Origin: an uncultured Acetatifactor sp.
GTDB taxonomy: Bacteria; Bacillota; Clostridia; Lachnospirales; Lachnospiraceae
Direction of reading: 5' to 3'
DNA length: 42,167 nucleotides
Assembly: GCA_964631065.1 (NCBI GenBank)
Contig: CAZVWN010000001.1
Span: forward strand, 1 to 42,167
This document shows positions 26,609 through 38,163 of the stretch, piece by piece. The notes below the pieces were generated by a model. It did no database searches. It was not told the DNA's origin and was given only the letters and a program-made list of their open reading frames with translations. Numbering within the stretch: position 1 is the stretch's first letter; each line of letters begins with the position of its first letter. Made by a program: the position numbers and the translations under genes.

Positions 26609-28009
26609 TCAATAAAACGTTATGACAGGCGTTCCGATCTCCACCATCTCATACAGCTCCTTCATGACATCGGGCGGCGTATTGATGCAGCCGTGGGAGC
26701 CGCCGTTCTTATAAATCTCCCCGCCGAATTTCTTCCGCCAGTCCGCATCATGGATCCCGACCCCGCCCTTGATCGGCATCCAGTATTTTACCGGCGTCGC
26801 GTAATCCGCTCCGCGCAGGATCCTGTCCTTCTGTTTATTATAAACAAAGTTGATCCCCTCCGGCGTTCCCATCCGCCGCGACGTCTTTCCCGTCACGACA
26901 TCCGTATCCAGCTTCAGCGCGCCGTCCTCGTAATAATACATATGCTGCTGCGTCATGTCTACTTCAATATAAGTATCCCCGATATCGTCAAGTCCCCGCG
27001 CAAAGCCCTCCTGCTCATAGGCGGGAATATGATTCTCCGGCTCCTTATGCTCTCTTTGCAGAGCCTCCATGAGATACGCGGTCTCCGCCTCTGTATCGAG
27101 CTTCGTGCCGTAGGTGACGTAGCTTACCGTAACGATATCGCCCCTCGTAGACTGAAACTCCCGCTCCGTTTCTACGGTATCGTACCGGCCGGCAAGCGCC
27201 TCTACCCACTCTGCAACGCGTTTCTCATCCACCACCGGGCAGCCGTTTTCGTCGGAGAGCAGCCCCTGCTCTTCATCCGCGGCAAGAAACGTACTTAAGA
27301 TTTCCGGGGTCAGCACAATGGTCTCCGCTCCCATGTCATAGACGATGCCGCAGTCCAAAAATTCCTCCACGCTGCTCCAGAGCGCCCTCTGCGCGGCGTC
27401 TTCTTTACTGTCCTCTGCCGTCCGGTAACAGCCGCCCGCCGACAGATCTATCTGTGCCACACCCGCCGCAAGCTTTTCCCGTATCAGCTCCTGCATGCGC
27501 TCCACGTCCGGCCGCGCACTGTTTTTATCCTCCGCCGCATAGCCGTTTTCCCCGAGGACGATCCGAAAACCGCCCTCGCTTTCCGCCTCCTGAACGGGTT
27601 CCAATGCGGACAGCGCGTCTGTAAGCAGCGCCTCATCCCAGGTATACCGTGCCTGCGTGAGCCGCTCCCTGACGGTGTCCTGCATGGAAAACAGCCAGAA
27701 GCCCGCCGTATGCGTCCGCAGATACTCCCGCAGGGAAGCCGTGTAATCCGCAGCCAGCCCGACTTTTTCCGGCGCAATCTCCCATTCCTGCCCCTGCGCG
27801 TCCTTTATGCGGATGACCGGAAGCTCTGTCTGCGCGATCAGCTCCGCGTTTACCTCTTCCAGCGTCTTTCCCGTACAGTATATGCCGTTGATCCAGGTAT
27901 TGACCGGAAAATGATCCCGGTAATACAGCGTCAGCGCAAGAAACCCCGCAAGCAGCAGAAGCAGTCCGCACAGCGGTATCAGAATCAGAATTTTGATTGC
28001 TTTTTTCAT
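26609..28009 (-). CDS. Membrane-anchored L,D-transpeptidase (YkuD domain, Ldtfm-like architecture)
   Basis: N-terminal TM; YIEVDMTQQHM..DVVTG..TPEG; catalytic GIHDADWR...GSHGCIN. Confidence 0.92.
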   Translation of the reverse strand: MKKAIKILILIPLCGLLLLLAGFLALTLYYRDHFPVNTWINGIYCTGKTLEEVNAELIAQTELPVIRIKDAQGQEWEIAPEKVGLAADYTASLREYLRTHTAGFWLFSMQDTVRERLTQARYTWDEALLTDALSALEPVQEAESEGGFRIVLGENGYAAEDKNSARPDVERMQELIREKLAAGVAQIDLSAGGCYRTAEDSKEDAAQRALWSSVEEFLDCGIVYDMGAETIVLTPEILSTFLAADEEQGLLSDENGCPVVDEKRVAEWVEALAGRYDTVETEREFQSTRGDIVTVSYVTYGTKLDTEAETAYLMEALQREHKEPENHIPAYEQEGFARGLDDIGDTYIEVDMTQQHMYYYEDGALKLDTDVVTGKTSRRMGTPEGINFVYNKQKDRILRGADYATPVKYWMPIKGGVGIHDADWRKKFGGEIYKNGGSHGCINTPPDVMKELYEMVEIGTPVITFY

Positions 28010-29685
28010 GCTTTTTTCGCGTAATCATCCCCGTCAAATACTTCTGCGATCGGCGCGCCGGCAGGAACCATCGGAAATACCTTGTCATCCTCCGGAATCA
28101 TACATTCGATCACAACGGGGCATTTCATCGCGATCGCCTTTTCCAGCGCGGGTTTTACCTCTTCCTTCGTCGTCACGCGGATCGCCGCGCAGCCGAGTCC
28201 CTCTGCCACCTTGCAGAAATCCGCCTTGTCATTGAGCACGGTCTGGGAATAGCGCTTCCCGTAAAACAGGGTCTGCCACTGCCGTACCATGCCGAGCACA
28301 TGATTGTTCATCACGACCTCGATGACCGGAATGTTGTAGCGGCTCGCCGTCGCCAGCTCGTTCATGTTCATGCGGAAGCACCCGTCCCCGGAAATGTTGA
28401 AGCAGATCTTATCCGGCTGTCCGACCTGTGCGCCGATGCACGCGCCGAGACCATATCCCATCGTTCCGAGCCCGCCGGAGGAAAGGAAGGTGCGGGGCTT
28501 TGTGTAATGGAAATACTGCGCCGCCCACATCTGATGCTGTCCGACATCCGTTGTGATCAGAGCGTCTCCGCCCGTTACCTGATCGATCATCTCAATGATG
28601 TACGGACAGGAAAGCTGCCCGTCGTCGTACTTTAACGGATACTTCTCCTTCAGTCCGCGTATCTGCGCCATCCATGCGGGATGCTCCTGCTTTGTCAGCT
28701 TTTTGTTTAACTGCGCCAGAACCGTCTTTAAATTTCCGACAACGCCGGCATTGACACGGATATTCTTGTTGATCTCCGCCGCATCAATGTCGATCTGGAT
28801 GATCTTCGCGTGCTCCGCAAACTTCTTCGGATTTCCCGTAACACGGTCGGAAAATCTCGCGCCGAGCGCGATCAGAAGATCGCAGTCGCTCACGCCGAGG
28901 TTGGATGCCTTTGTGCCGTGCATACCGATCATTCCGGTATAACGGTCGCTGTTTCCGTCAAACGCGCCCTTCGCCATCAGGGTATCGCAGACCGGCGCGT
29001 CGATCAGCTCCGCGAACGCCGCGACCTCCCCGCACGCATCGGAAATGACCGCGCCGCCGCCGAGATAAATGAAGGGCTTTTCTGACGCATTGATATATCC
29101 TGCCAGCTCATCCAGCTCATCCTCCGTCCAGGTTATCTTCTCCTGTCGCCCGACAGGCTTCTCGGGCGTATACTCGCACACGGCAGCCGTAACGTCCTTC
29201 GTGATATCGACCAGCACGGGACCCGGGCGGCCGCTCCTTGCAATGTCAAAAGCCTTTCTTAACGTCGGGGCGAGATCCGCGACATTTTTTACGATATATC
29301 CGTGCTTTGTGATCGGCATGGTAACGCCCGCGATATCCACCTCCTGAAAGGTATCCTTGCCGAGCATCGGCAGCGTGACATTCGCCGTGATCGCAACCAT
29401 CGGCACGGAATCCATATACGCCGTCGCGATTCCCGTTACCAGATTCGTCGCGCCCGGTCCGCTCGTCGCAAGACAGACGCCGACCTTTCCCGTCGCCCTC
29501 GCATACCCGTCCGCCGCATGCGCCGCACCCTGCTCATGGGACGTCAATATATGGCGGATCTCGCCGCTGTGCTTATAAAGTGCGTCATAGATATTTAAGA
29601 TCGTGCCTCCCGGATAACCGAAAACCGTATCCACTCCCTGTTCCTTCAGGCATTCCACTACTATTTCCGAACCGTTTAACTGCAT
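28006..29685 (-). CDS. ilvB: Acetolactate synthase large subunit
   Basis: FGYPGG; HEQGAAHAADGYAR; TSGPGATN; TDVGQHQMW; SGGLGTMG; ThDP motif GDGCF..NN..LGMVRQWQ. Confidence 0.97.
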   Translation of the reverse strand: MQLNGSEIVVECLKEQGVDTVFGYPGGTILNIYDALYKHSGEIRHILTSHEQGAAHAADGYARATGKVGVCLATSGPGATNLVTGIATAYMDSVPMVAITANVTLPMLGKDTFQEVDIAGVTMPITKHGYIVKNVADLAPTLRKAFDIARSGRPGPVLVDITKDVTAAVCEYTPEKPVGRQEKITWTEDELDELAGYINASEKPFIYLGGGAVISDACGEVAAFAELIDAPVCDTLMAKGAFDGNSDRYTGMIGMHGTKASNLGVSDCDLLIALGARFSDRVTGNPKKFAEHAKIIQIDIDAAEINKNIRVNAGVVGNLKTVLAQLNKKLTKQEHPAWMAQIRGLKEKYPLKYDDGQLSCPYIIEMIDQVTGGDALITTDVGQHQMWAAQYFHYTKPRTFLSSGGLGTMGYGLGACIGAQVGQPDKICFNISGDGCFRMNMNELATASRYNIPVIEVVMNNHVLGMVRQWQTLFYGKRYSQTVLNDKADFCKVAEGLGCAAIRVTTKEEVKPALEKAIAMKCPVVIECMIPEDDKVFPMVPAGAPIAEVFDGDDYAKKA

Positions 29686-29701
29686 GTCTGACCTCCGTTT
29701 A

Positions 29702-31390
29702 TCACTGATTGCTTCCGTTTTTTCCCGGGATCTCCAGAATCGCCCCCCGGTTTCCGCTCGTTACCAGCTCGCAGTACCGGGAGAGATATCCCGTCGTCAC
29801 TGCGGGCGTTCTCGGCTGCCACTTTGCGCGGCGCGCCGCAAGCTCCTCGTCCGAAACCTTTACGTTTAACGAAAGCTTAGGAATGTTGATGCTGATGATA
29901 TCGCCCTCCTCAACCAGTGCGATCGGTCCGCAGACCGCCGCCTCGGGAGAGACATGTCCGATGGAAGCGCCTCTGGATGCGCCGGAAAATCTGCCGTCCG
30001 TGATCAGCGCAACGCTGCTTCCCAGTCCCATCCCCGCGATGGCAGAGGTCGGATTCAGCATCTCGCGCATACCGGGTCCGCCTTTAGGACCTTCGTAACG
30101 GATGACAACGACATCCCCCGCAACGATCTTTCCGCCCTTGATCGCCGCGATGGCATCCTCCTCGCAGTCGAAGACTCTCGCCGGTCCCTCATGAACCATC
30201 ATCTCCTCCACAACCGCGGAACGCTTGACGACGGAGCCGTCCGGCGCAAGATTTCCCTTTAATACCGCAAGCCCCCCTGTCTTACTGTACGGATTGTCAA
30301 CGGGTCTGATCACCTCGGGATTTTTGTTGACGGCTCCCGCAATGTTCTCGCCGATCGTCCTTCCGGTCACGGTCATGCAGTCCGTATGCAGCAGTCCGAT
30401 ATCCGCAAGCTCCTTCATGACGGCGTAAACACCGCCCGCCTCGTTTAAGTCCTCCATATAGGTCGGACCTGCCGGCGCAAGATGACAGAGGTTCGGTGTC
30501 TTCTCACTGATCGGGTTTGCAAAGCTGATGTCAAAGTCAAAGCCGATCTCATGCGCGATCGCCGGAAGATGCAGCATGGAGTTCGTCGAGCAGCCGAGCG
30601 CCATATCCACGGTCAGCGCATTCAGAATGGCATCCTTTGTGATGATGTCGCGCGCGCGGATATTTTTCCGAAACAGCTCCATAACTGCCATGCCCGCGTG
30701 CTTTGCCAGCCGGATCCTGTCGGAGTAAACCGCAGGGATCGTTCCGTTTCCGCGAAGTCCCATGCCGAGCGCCTCCGTCAGACAGTTCATGGAGTTTGCC
30801 GTATACATGCCGGAACAGGAGCCGCAGGTCGGGCAGACCTTGTTCTCAAATTCGCAGACATCCTCTTCGGTCATGGTTCCCGCCGCGTAAGAGCCGACCG
30901 CCTCGAACATTGAGGAGAGGCTTCTCTTCTGTCCCTTGACGTGTCCTGCGAGCATCGGTCCTCCCGATACAAATACCGTCGGCAGATTCAGTCTCGCCGC
31001 CGCCATTAAAAGTCCCGGCACGTTCTTGTCACAGTTCGGCACCATGACGAGCGCGTCAAACTGATGGGCGATCGCCATACATTCCGTAGAATCCGCGATC
31101 AGGTCGCGCGTTACAAGGGAATATTTCATGCCGACATGCCCCATGGCGATGCCGTCGCAGACCGCGATCGCCGGGAAGACAACGGGTACGCCGCCCGCCT
31201 CGGCAACCCCGAGCTTTACGGCATCCACGATCTTGTCGATATTCATATGTCCGGGAACGATCTCATTATAGGAGCTGACGATGCCGACCATGGGCTTTGT
31301 CATCTCCTCCGGCGTAAAGCCGAGTGCGTTGAACAGACTTCTCGCCGGTGCCTGCTGCATGCCGGCTCTTGCATTATCACTTGTCATCAT
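29702..31390 (-). CDS. ilvD: Dihydroxy-acid dehydratase
   Basis: VCDGIAMGH; NCDKNVPG; [13 protein letters not shown]; [13 protein letters not shown]; TDGRFSG. Confidence 0.97.
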   Translation of the reverse strand: MMTSDNARAGMQQAPARSLFNALGFTPEEMTKPMVGIVSSYNEIVPGHMNIDKIVDAVKLGVAEAGGVPVVFPAIAVCDGIAMGHVGMKYSLVTRDLIADSTECMAIAHQFDALVMVPNCDKNVPGLLMAAARLNLPTVFVSGGPMLAGHVKGQKRSLSSMFEAVGSYAAGTMTEEDVCEFENKVCPTCGSCSGMYTANSMNCLTEALGMGLRGNGTIPAVYSDRIRLAKHAGMAVMELFRKNIRARDIITKDAILNALTVDMALGCSTNSMLHLPAIAHEIGFDFDISFANPISEKTPNLCHLAPAGPTYMEDLNEAGGVYAVMKELADIGLLHTDCMTVTGRTIGENIAGAVNKNPEVIRPVDNPYSKTGGLAVLKGNLAPDGSVVKRSAVVEEMMVHEGPARVFDCEEDAIAAIKGGKIVAGDVVVIRYEGPKGGPGMREMLNPTSAIAGMGLGSSVALITDGRFSGASRGASIGHVSPEAAVCGPIALVEEGDIISINIPKLSLNVKVSDEELAARRAKWQPRTPAVTTGYLSRYCELVTSGNRGAILEIPGKNGSNQ

Positions 31391-31462
31391 TTCTTCCTCC
31401 CTTTATCCTGCACTTCAGACAGCTTCAAAATTTGTGCTGCACAGACCGCCACAGTGCATTTT

Positions 31463-32551
31463 TTACTTCACGATCCGCTCTGCCAGCAGACTTCCCATCT
31501 TAGAACAGCCGACCCTTACGCAGCCCTCGGACATGATGTCGCCCGTGCGGTAGCCGTCCTTTAACACCTGTTTTACCGCCGCCTCCACGGCATCCGCCTC
31601 CCTGTCGAGGTCGAAGCTGTAGCGGAGCATCATCGCCGCGCTCAAAACGGTCGCGATCGGGTTCGCGATATCCTTTCCCGCGATATCCGGCGCGGAGCCG
31701 TGGCTCGGCTCGTAGAGCCCGAATTTCGTATCGTTTAAGCTGGCGCTGGCAAGCATCCCGATCGAACCCGTCACCATGCTCGCCTCGTCGGAAAGGATGT
31801 CGCCGAACATGTTCTCCGTCAGGATGACGTCAAACTGCGCGGGATCCCTTACGAGCTGCATCGCACAGTTGTCAACCAGCATATGCTCCAGCGTCACATC
31901 CGGATAATCCTTCGCAACCTCCTCGACCACCTTTCTCCAGAGTCTCGAGGAATCCAGCACGTTCGCCTTGTCCACGCTCGTCACTTTCTTTCTGCGCTTC
32001 CTTGCGATGTCAAAGCCCTTGATGGCGATCCGTCTGATCTCATTTTCATCATAGGAAAGCGTGTCGATCGCCTTTTTCACGCCGTTTTCCTCGATCGTCT
32101 TTCTCTCACCGAAATACAGACCGCCGGTCAGCTCCCGCATGATCAGCATGTCAAAGCCCGCTTTGCTGATCTCTTCCTTTAACGGGCACGCCGCAGCCAG
32201 CTCGTCGTATAAAACCGCCGGCCGCAGATTTGCAAACAGATTCAGCGCCTTGCGGATGGCAAGCAGTCCCGCCTCCGGACGTAAATTGGGCGGCAGCCGA
32301 TACCAGGGGGAGGTGGTCGTGTCGCCGCCGATCGAACCCATCAGCACGGCATCCGCCGCCTTCGCCTTCGCAACGGCTTCCTCCGTCAGCGGTACGCCGT
32401 GAACATCAATGGATGCCCCGCCCATCAGAATGTCCTCAAAAATCATCTTATGGCCGAACACCTCCGCCACCTTTTCCAGAACCTTTTTCGCCTCCGCGAC
32501 GATCTCCGGACCGATCCCGTCTCCGGGAATACAGGTAATATGCAACTCCAT
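31463..32551 (-). CDS. leuB: 3-isopropylmalate dehydrogenase
   Basis: PGDGIGPE; [10 protein letters not shown]; VDKANVL; [12 protein letters not shown]; [12 protein letters not shown]. Start at ATG 32551 with AAGGAG RBS. Confidence 0.97.
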   Translation of the reverse strand: MELHITCIPGDGIGPEIVAEAKKVLEKVAEVFGHKMIFEDILMGGASIDVHGVPLTEEAVAKAKAADAVLMGSIGGDTTTSPWYRLPPNLRPEAGLLAIRKALNLFANLRPAVLYDELAAACPLKEEISKAGFDMLIMRELTGGLYFGERKTIEENGVKKAIDTLSYDENEIRRIAIKGFDIARKRRKKVTSVDKANVLDSSRLWRKVVEEVAKDYPDVTLEHMLVDNCAMQLVRDPAQFDVILTENMFGDILSDEASMVTGSIGMLASASLNDTKFGLYEPSHGSAPDIAGKDIANPIATVLSAAMMLRYSFDLDREADAVEAAVKQVLKDGYRTGDIMSEGCVRVGCSKMGSLLAERIVK

Positions 32552-32606
32552 ACGCTTCTTCTCCTTATGCTCTGCCGTTTCACAGTGTAAAAGACATTTT
32601 CCTACT

Positions 32607-32635
32607 ATAATAACGGAAAAAACGGCAAATTTCAA
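32607..32635 (-). promoter_or_regulatory. Sigma-A promoter of leuB-ilvD-ilvB-ldt
   Basis: Minus strand TTGAAA-N17-TATTAT; leader of about 50 nt. Confidence 0.65.
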
Positions 32636-32654
32636 CCTTATCTTACAATGAATC

Positions 32655-32687
32655 AAAGAAAAGGACAATGCCTTACGGCACTGCCCT
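32655..32687 (-). terminator. Intrinsic terminator after yajC
   Basis: Minus strand AGGGCAGTGCC-GTAA-GGCATTGTCCT followed by TTTCTTT. Confidence 0.8.
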
Positions 32688-32720
32688 CATAAATTGATCT
32701 TTCTTTATTTCCGGCTGTTT

Positions 32721-33056
32721 TTAATTTGCCTGACCGTCAGCGGGCTTCTCCACCCTGCTGATCGCCTGCTTGTCCATCGGGATACGGCAGTTTTTGTTGT
32801 TGCCGAACTCCACGATCACGGTCGTATCATCCGGAATGTCGATGATGATACCGTAGAAGCCGGACGTCGTCAGTACGCAGTCGCCGATCTCCAGCTGCGC
32901 CAGCATTGCCGCCATCTTCTTCTTTTCCTTGCTCTGGGGTCTGAAGAAGAAAAACCACATTGCGAAAAAGAAGATCGCATATACCGCTATCATCATAATC
33001 AGGCTTCCGACGGAGCCTCCCTCCGCTGTCGTTCCATCTGTCAATAAAATTCCCAT
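32721..33056 (-). CDS. yajC: Preprotein translocase subunit YajC
   Basis: Single TM then FRPQSKEKKK..LEIGDCVLTTSGFYG; follows tgt. ATG 33056 has a GGAG RBS (alternative start 33068). Confidence 0.9.
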   Translation of the reverse strand: MGILLTDGTTAEGGSVGSLIMMIAVYAIFFFAMWFFFFRPQSKEKKKMAAMLAQLEIGDCVLTTSGFYGIIIDIPDDTTVIVEFGNNKNCRIPMDKQAISRVEKPADGQAN

Positions 33057-33199
33057 TCTGTTCTCCATCCTTCTTTTATTTTACAGCCGCATTTTGCCGC
33101 TTTCCAAAAGACATGATACACAAAAAGCGTCCGTCAGGCAAGTAGTTTATGCTTTTTTAATGGTTTTGCGTTCCGGAATCAGGGCATTTTCCGCCTTTC

Positions 33200-34330
33200 T
33201 CATTCCTGCGGCAGAACGCACGCAAGCTTCTGCTTCTTATATGCCGCAAAGCGTCCCTCATCCAGCGCATCCCGGATCTCTTCCGTCATCGTATTGTAGA
33301 AATAAAGGTTATGCAGCACGCACAGACGCATCCCCAGCATTTCCTTCGCCTTTAAGAGATGTCTGATGTACGCTCTGGAATATCTCCTGCACGCCGGGCA
33401 GCCGCAGCCCTCCTCGATCGGCCTCTCGTCCGTCTCGTACTTTGCGTTAAAGAGATTGATCTTTCCATGGTTCGTGTAAAGATGCCCGTGTCTGCCGTTA
33501 CGGCTCGGGTAAACGCAGTCAAAGAAATCCACGCCGCGCTCCACGCCCTCAAGGATGTTTGCCGGCGTTCCCACGCCCATTAAGTAAGTCGGCTTCTCCT
33601 TCGGCAGGAAGGGGACCACCTCATCCAGAATATGATACATCTCCTCATGCGTCTCGCCGACCGCAAGCCCGCCGACCGCATATCCGTCCAGCTCCAGCTC
33701 GGAAATCCGCTTTGCGTGCTCAATCCGGATATCGGGATAAACCGCGCCCTGATTGATGCCGAAGAGAAGCTGATTCTTATTGATCGTGTCGTCCAGCGAA
33801 TTTAACCGGCGCATCTCCCGCTTACAGCGCTCCAGCCATCTTGTCGTGCGCTCGACGGAATTCTGTACATAGGCTCTGTCCGCCTTACTCGGTGCGCATT
33901 CGTCAAACGCCATGGCAATCGTGGAGGCGAGATTCGACTGGATCTGCATGCTCTCCTCCGGACCCATGAAAATCTTATGTCCGTCGATGTGGGAATGGAA
34001 ATACACGCCCTCTTCCTTGATTTTTCTTAAGCCCGCGAGAGAAAAAACCTGAAATCCGCCGGAATCCGTCAGAATCGGCTTATTCCACGACATAAACTTA
34101 TGCAGACCGCCCAGCTTTTTTACCACCTCATCCCCGGGGCGTACATGGAGATGATAGGTGTTCGACAGCTCTACCTGTGTTTTGATCTCTTCCAGATCGG
34201 AGGTGGCAACGGCTCCCTTGATCGCGGCGACCGTTCCGACATTCATAAATACCGGCGTCTGAATCACGCCGTGAACCGTCGTAAGCTCCGCTCTCTTCGC
34301 CCTGCCCTCCTGCTTCAAAATCCGATACAT
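33200..34330 (-). CDS. tgt: tRNA-guanine transglycosylase
   Basis: TPVFMNVGT; NTYHL; TDSGGFQVFSL; FDEC; GGLAVGE; YLMGVG; Zn motif CGCPAC..HN. Confidence 0.97.
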   Translation of the reverse strand: MYRILKQEGRAKRAELTTVHGVIQTPVFMNVGTVAAIKGAVATSDLEEIKTQVELSNTYHLHVRPGDEVVKKLGGLHKFMSWNKPILTDSGGFQVFSLAGLRKIKEEGVYFHSHIDGHKIFMGPEESMQIQSNLASTIAMAFDECAPSKADRAYVQNSVERTTRWLERCKREMRRLNSLDDTINKNQLLFGINQGAVYPDIRIEHAKRISELELDGYAVGGLAVGETHEEMYHILDEVVPFLPKEKPTYLMGVGTPANILEGVERGVDFFDCVYPSRNGRHGHLYTNHGKINLFNAKYETDERPIEEGCGCPACRRYSRAYIRHLLKAKEMLGMRLCVLHNLYFYNTMTEEIRDALDEGRFAAYKKQKLACVLPQE

Positions 34331-34331
34331 A

Positions 34332-35420
34332 TTAAAAATATTCCTCCCAAAATTCTTCCAGCGTAATTCCCTGCGCCGTGATCAGGGTCGCCGCCTCCAC
34401 GCCGACATAGCGGAAATGCCACGGCTCATACTCGATTCCCGTGATATCCTCCTTCCCCTTCGGATAACGCAGGATAAAGCCGTAATCACAGCTGTTCTCT
34501 GCAAGCCATCTGCCCGCGTCCGTATCCGCAAATCCCTCGTCCAGAACCACATAGGTATCCGTTACGATATCTAACGCCAGTCCGATCTGGTGCTCACTGG
34601 CATTCGGTACGGTGACTGCCTGACCGGTAAGCTGATATGCCTCCATGTAGGACAGTCCGCGGTTCATATACTTTTTGATCTTTCGGTTAAACAGCATCTC
34701 CTGATATTCCAGATCCCTGTACGGGGAGCAGATCTCAAGCGTCACGCCGTCGTCCTTCGCCGCCCGGATCATATCAAGCAGATCGTCGATGATCCGCTCG
34801 TCGCAATGCATGATGCCCTTCATCGTATGAATGTTTCCCAAAGGCACCTGCTCCTCATAGCCGTCGGGAATGGAATGCTGCTTATTGATCAGGATCAGCC
34901 GCCAGTCATCCTCCTCAAAGCAGAAATCGGAATAATCCTTCCCGTCGTTCTCCCGCTCTCTTTCCTGCTCTTCCTCCGCCGCAGGGCGATCCTGATTATA
35001 TTCCAGAATATCCGCAGTACTGTAGCGGGTTCCGGCATCCGTGCCGTGCGCCGTCTCCGGAAGCTCCTCCCCCTCCAGCAGGACATCCTCATCCTCCAGC
35101 AGCCTGATCCGCGTCAGATCGATCTCCTCCACTGCCGCCAGCTCGATATCCTGCGCCTCATCAGAGATGGGATTCCATACGTTTTCCGCGCTGTCTCCCG
35201 TCAGAAACGCCGGAAAGGAAAAGCTGCTGTATACCACGGAAAACAGCAGGATAACGCCCAGCGTGGCAAAGCGCTTCCCGTTCCCCCGAAAATACGAGAC
35301 GGCATGAAAAAAGAACATCCCCAGAGCCAGGACGGGAATGACCGGCAATCTGCAGAACCTATTCTTTTTTCCAATCACGGAAAGCTTCCTGCGAAACCTC
35401 TCCTCCGGCGACATTTTCAT
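34332..35420 (-). CDS. M15B (VanY/LdcB-like) Zn-dependent peptidoglycan carboxypeptidase, membrane anchored
   Basis: SPYR; SEHQIGLALD (SxHxxGxAxD); YGFILRYP; YEPWHFRYVG; N-terminal hydrophobic segments and acidic linker. Confidence 0.9.
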   Translation of the reverse strand: MKMSPEERFRRKLSVIGKKNRFCRLPVIPVLALGMFFFHAVSYFRGNGKRFATLGVILLFSVVYSSFSFPAFLTGDSAENVWNPISDEAQDIELAAVEEIDLTRIRLLEDEDVLLEGEELPETAHGTDAGTRYSTADILEYNQDRPAAEEEQERERENDGKDYSDFCFEEDDWRLILINKQHSIPDGYEEQVPLGNIHTMKGIMHCDERIIDDLLDMIRAAKDDGVTLEICSPYRDLEYQEMLFNRKIKKYMNRGLSYMEAYQLTGQAVTVPNASEHQIGLALDIVTDTYVVLDEGFADTDAGRWLAENSCDYGFILRYPKGKEDITGIEYEPWHFRYVGVEAATLITAQGITLEEFWEEYF

Positions 35421-35537
35421 CCGTACTGTTATCCTTATCCCGACATAAATACGCTTTTTCTTTCAAAACTATATTCAGCATATCATACTTTTCCAAAAAG
35501 TACACCCATTTTTTCAAAAAGTCCGTAAAAGTGCGCC

Positions 35538-35566
35538 TTGTCATTTCCGGCAGGATACGGTAAAAT
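35538..35566 (+). promoter_or_regulatory. Sigma-A promoter of aroC
   Basis: TTGTCA-N17-TAAAAT. A divergent minus-strand TTGGAA-N17-TATAGT at 35496-35468 could serve the M15B gene. Confidence 0.65.
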
Positions 35567-35631
35567 GAGCCGTAAAAAAAGACGGCTTCCGCAGACTCTT
35601 CACGGCAGACCGCACAGAAACGAGGCTTCAT

Positions 35632-36735
<1,104 letters not shown>

Positions 36736-36779
36736 CCTATGCGCCATGAAAACCAAAATGCGCCGTCCGGGCGCACCGC

Positions 36780-36825
36780 AAAAAAAGAGCCGGCAATGCA
36801 CAAAGCTGTGTATTGCCGGCTCTTT
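36780..36825. terminator. Bidirectional terminator between aroC and the lactonase gene
   Basis: AAAGAGCCGGCAATGCACA-AAGC-TGTGTATTGCCGGCTCTTT long stem. Confidence 0.85.
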
Positions 36826-36831
36826 GGGTCT

Positions 36832-37884
36832 TTAGGAAATTTTATGGAAGATGATGCAGTTGGGCACATCCACCTTAATCGGCGCACCGTTCATGATCAG
36901 CGTTCCCTTCTCAATGTCCACATGGAAAAAGGTCAGGTCGTTTGATTCATGGTTCAGGGATACCAGATACTTATTATTCGGGAATAATGCCGCATCCTTC
37001 GGGTATTCCCCGCTGACGGGAAGCGAAAAGATCTTTGTCAGCATACCGCTCTTCTCATCCACGGAAAACAGAACCGCCGCATTATCTCCCGCAACCGTGC
37101 TCAAAAGATACTTATGATCCTCCGAAAACGTCAGGGCGCTGGTCGCGTTGGAGCTTCCGCGCTCGACCTTCGCCGTCTCCACGGTCTGGATCTTCTCAAA
37201 CTCCGGCTGCCCGTTTCTGTCCTCATAGGAATAAACGTCAATATAGCATTTCCACTCATGCACGATATAGAGAAATCTGCCGTCCTTCGAAATCTTGATG
37301 TGTCTCGGCGCGGACTCCATCTCGCTTCTGATGACATCCGCGAGCACGACCTTTCCGTTTTCTGCATCAAAGCGGTAGACGTTGACATGATCCATGCCCT
37401 GATCCGCGACCAGAAGATATCTGTTGTCATGCGTCATTCTCGCGCAGTTGATATGCGGTCTGAAATTTCTGTCCGCAAGACTTCCCAGCCCCTTATGGAA
37501 AATCTCATCCGTGATCTCGCCGATCGAGCCGTCCTCCTTCAGCCTGAGCACCGTCAGCTTTCCGTCGTGATATCCCGCGACAAACAGATACCCGTCCGTA
37601 TAATCCGTAGAGACATAGCAGCCTCTCATGCCGTTGATCGGCGCAAAATTCAAAAGCTCCAGCCCGCCGTCCTTCCGGATCCGGTAGGACTCCACGCCGA
37701 AATCCGTAATGGAGTAGAGATACTTCCCGTTGTGCGAAAGCGTCACATAGGATGAGTTGGTGATCTCGACCTGATCCTTCCCGATAAAGCGCCCGTTTTC
37801 CATATCGACGTCATATATTTTGATGCCGTGACTGTCTCCCTGCGTATAGGTGGAGACATATGCCACATACTTTTCTTTTTCCAT
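36832..37884 (-). CDS. Beta-propeller lactonase (6-phosphogluconolactonase YbhE/YkgB family)
   Basis: YVSTYT N-terminus; PHINC; VADQGMD; APRHI; GEYPKD; propeller repeats. Confidence 0.85.
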   Translation of the reverse strand: MEKEKYVAYVSTYTQGDSHGIKIYDVDMENGRFIGKDQVEITNSSYVTLSHNGKYLYSITDFGVESYRIRKDGGLELLNFAPINGMRGCYVSTDYTDGYLFVAGYHDGKLTVLRLKEDGSIGEITDEIFHKGLGSLADRNFRPHINCARMTHDNRYLLVADQGMDHVNVYRFDAENGKVVLADVIRSEMESAPRHIKISKDGRFLYIVHEWKCYIDVYSYEDRNGQPEFEKIQTVETAKVERGSSNATSALTFSEDHKYLLSTVAGDNAAVLFSVDEKSGMLTKIFSLPVSGEYPKDAALFPNNKYLVSLNHESNDLTFFHVDIEKGTLIMNGAPIKVDVPNCIIFHKIS

Positions 37885-37961
37885 GCCGGAAGCCCTCCTT
37901 TTTTTAGGTACTTTCGGAATCCTCTTAAAACAGATTGCAAAGACTCCGCACGTACATTTTT

Positions 37962-37990
37962 ATCATAGCATAAAACGGGGCGCGGGTCAA
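37962..37990 (-). promoter_or_regulatory. Sigma-A promoter of the lactonase gene
   Basis: Minus strand TTGACC-N17-TATGAT with extended -10 TG. Confidence 0.7.
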
Positions 37991-38013
37991 AAAAAAATCA
38001 TATGAAATATTCG

Positions 38014-38042
38014 TTGACTTTCTGTATGGAAATAGATACAAT
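38014..38042 (+). promoter_or_regulatory. Sigma-A promoter of potABCD
   Basis: TTGACT-N17-TACAAT, followed by a structured leader of about 115 nt. Confidence 0.75.
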
Positions 38043-38163
38043 TTAATGCAGTATGCGTATGCATATTTACCGAAGAGGGATTCGTGTGAAGCTTCTTTTT
38101 CACACGCAGTTTTGTGCCTGTCAGCTCTTGTACGGACAGGTTACGGAAAGGCACGGTGTTAAC

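Noticed and set aside
32552-32606. T-box or attenuator upstream of leuB (also checked upstream of serC and argH)
   Set aside because: The leaders are too short and show no T-box consensus (GGTGGNACCGCG) or terminator hairpin.
33200-34330. tgt as a DpdA-like DNA-modifying or queuine-salvage variant
   Set aside because: It keeps the canonical bacterial DEC and GGLAVGE pocket motifs and the classic tgt-yajC context; no dpd genes are present.
34332-35420. VanY-like gene as a vancomycin-resistance determinant
   Set aside because: No vanH/A/X ligase cluster or vanRS nearby; the context is housekeeping (tgt-yajC).
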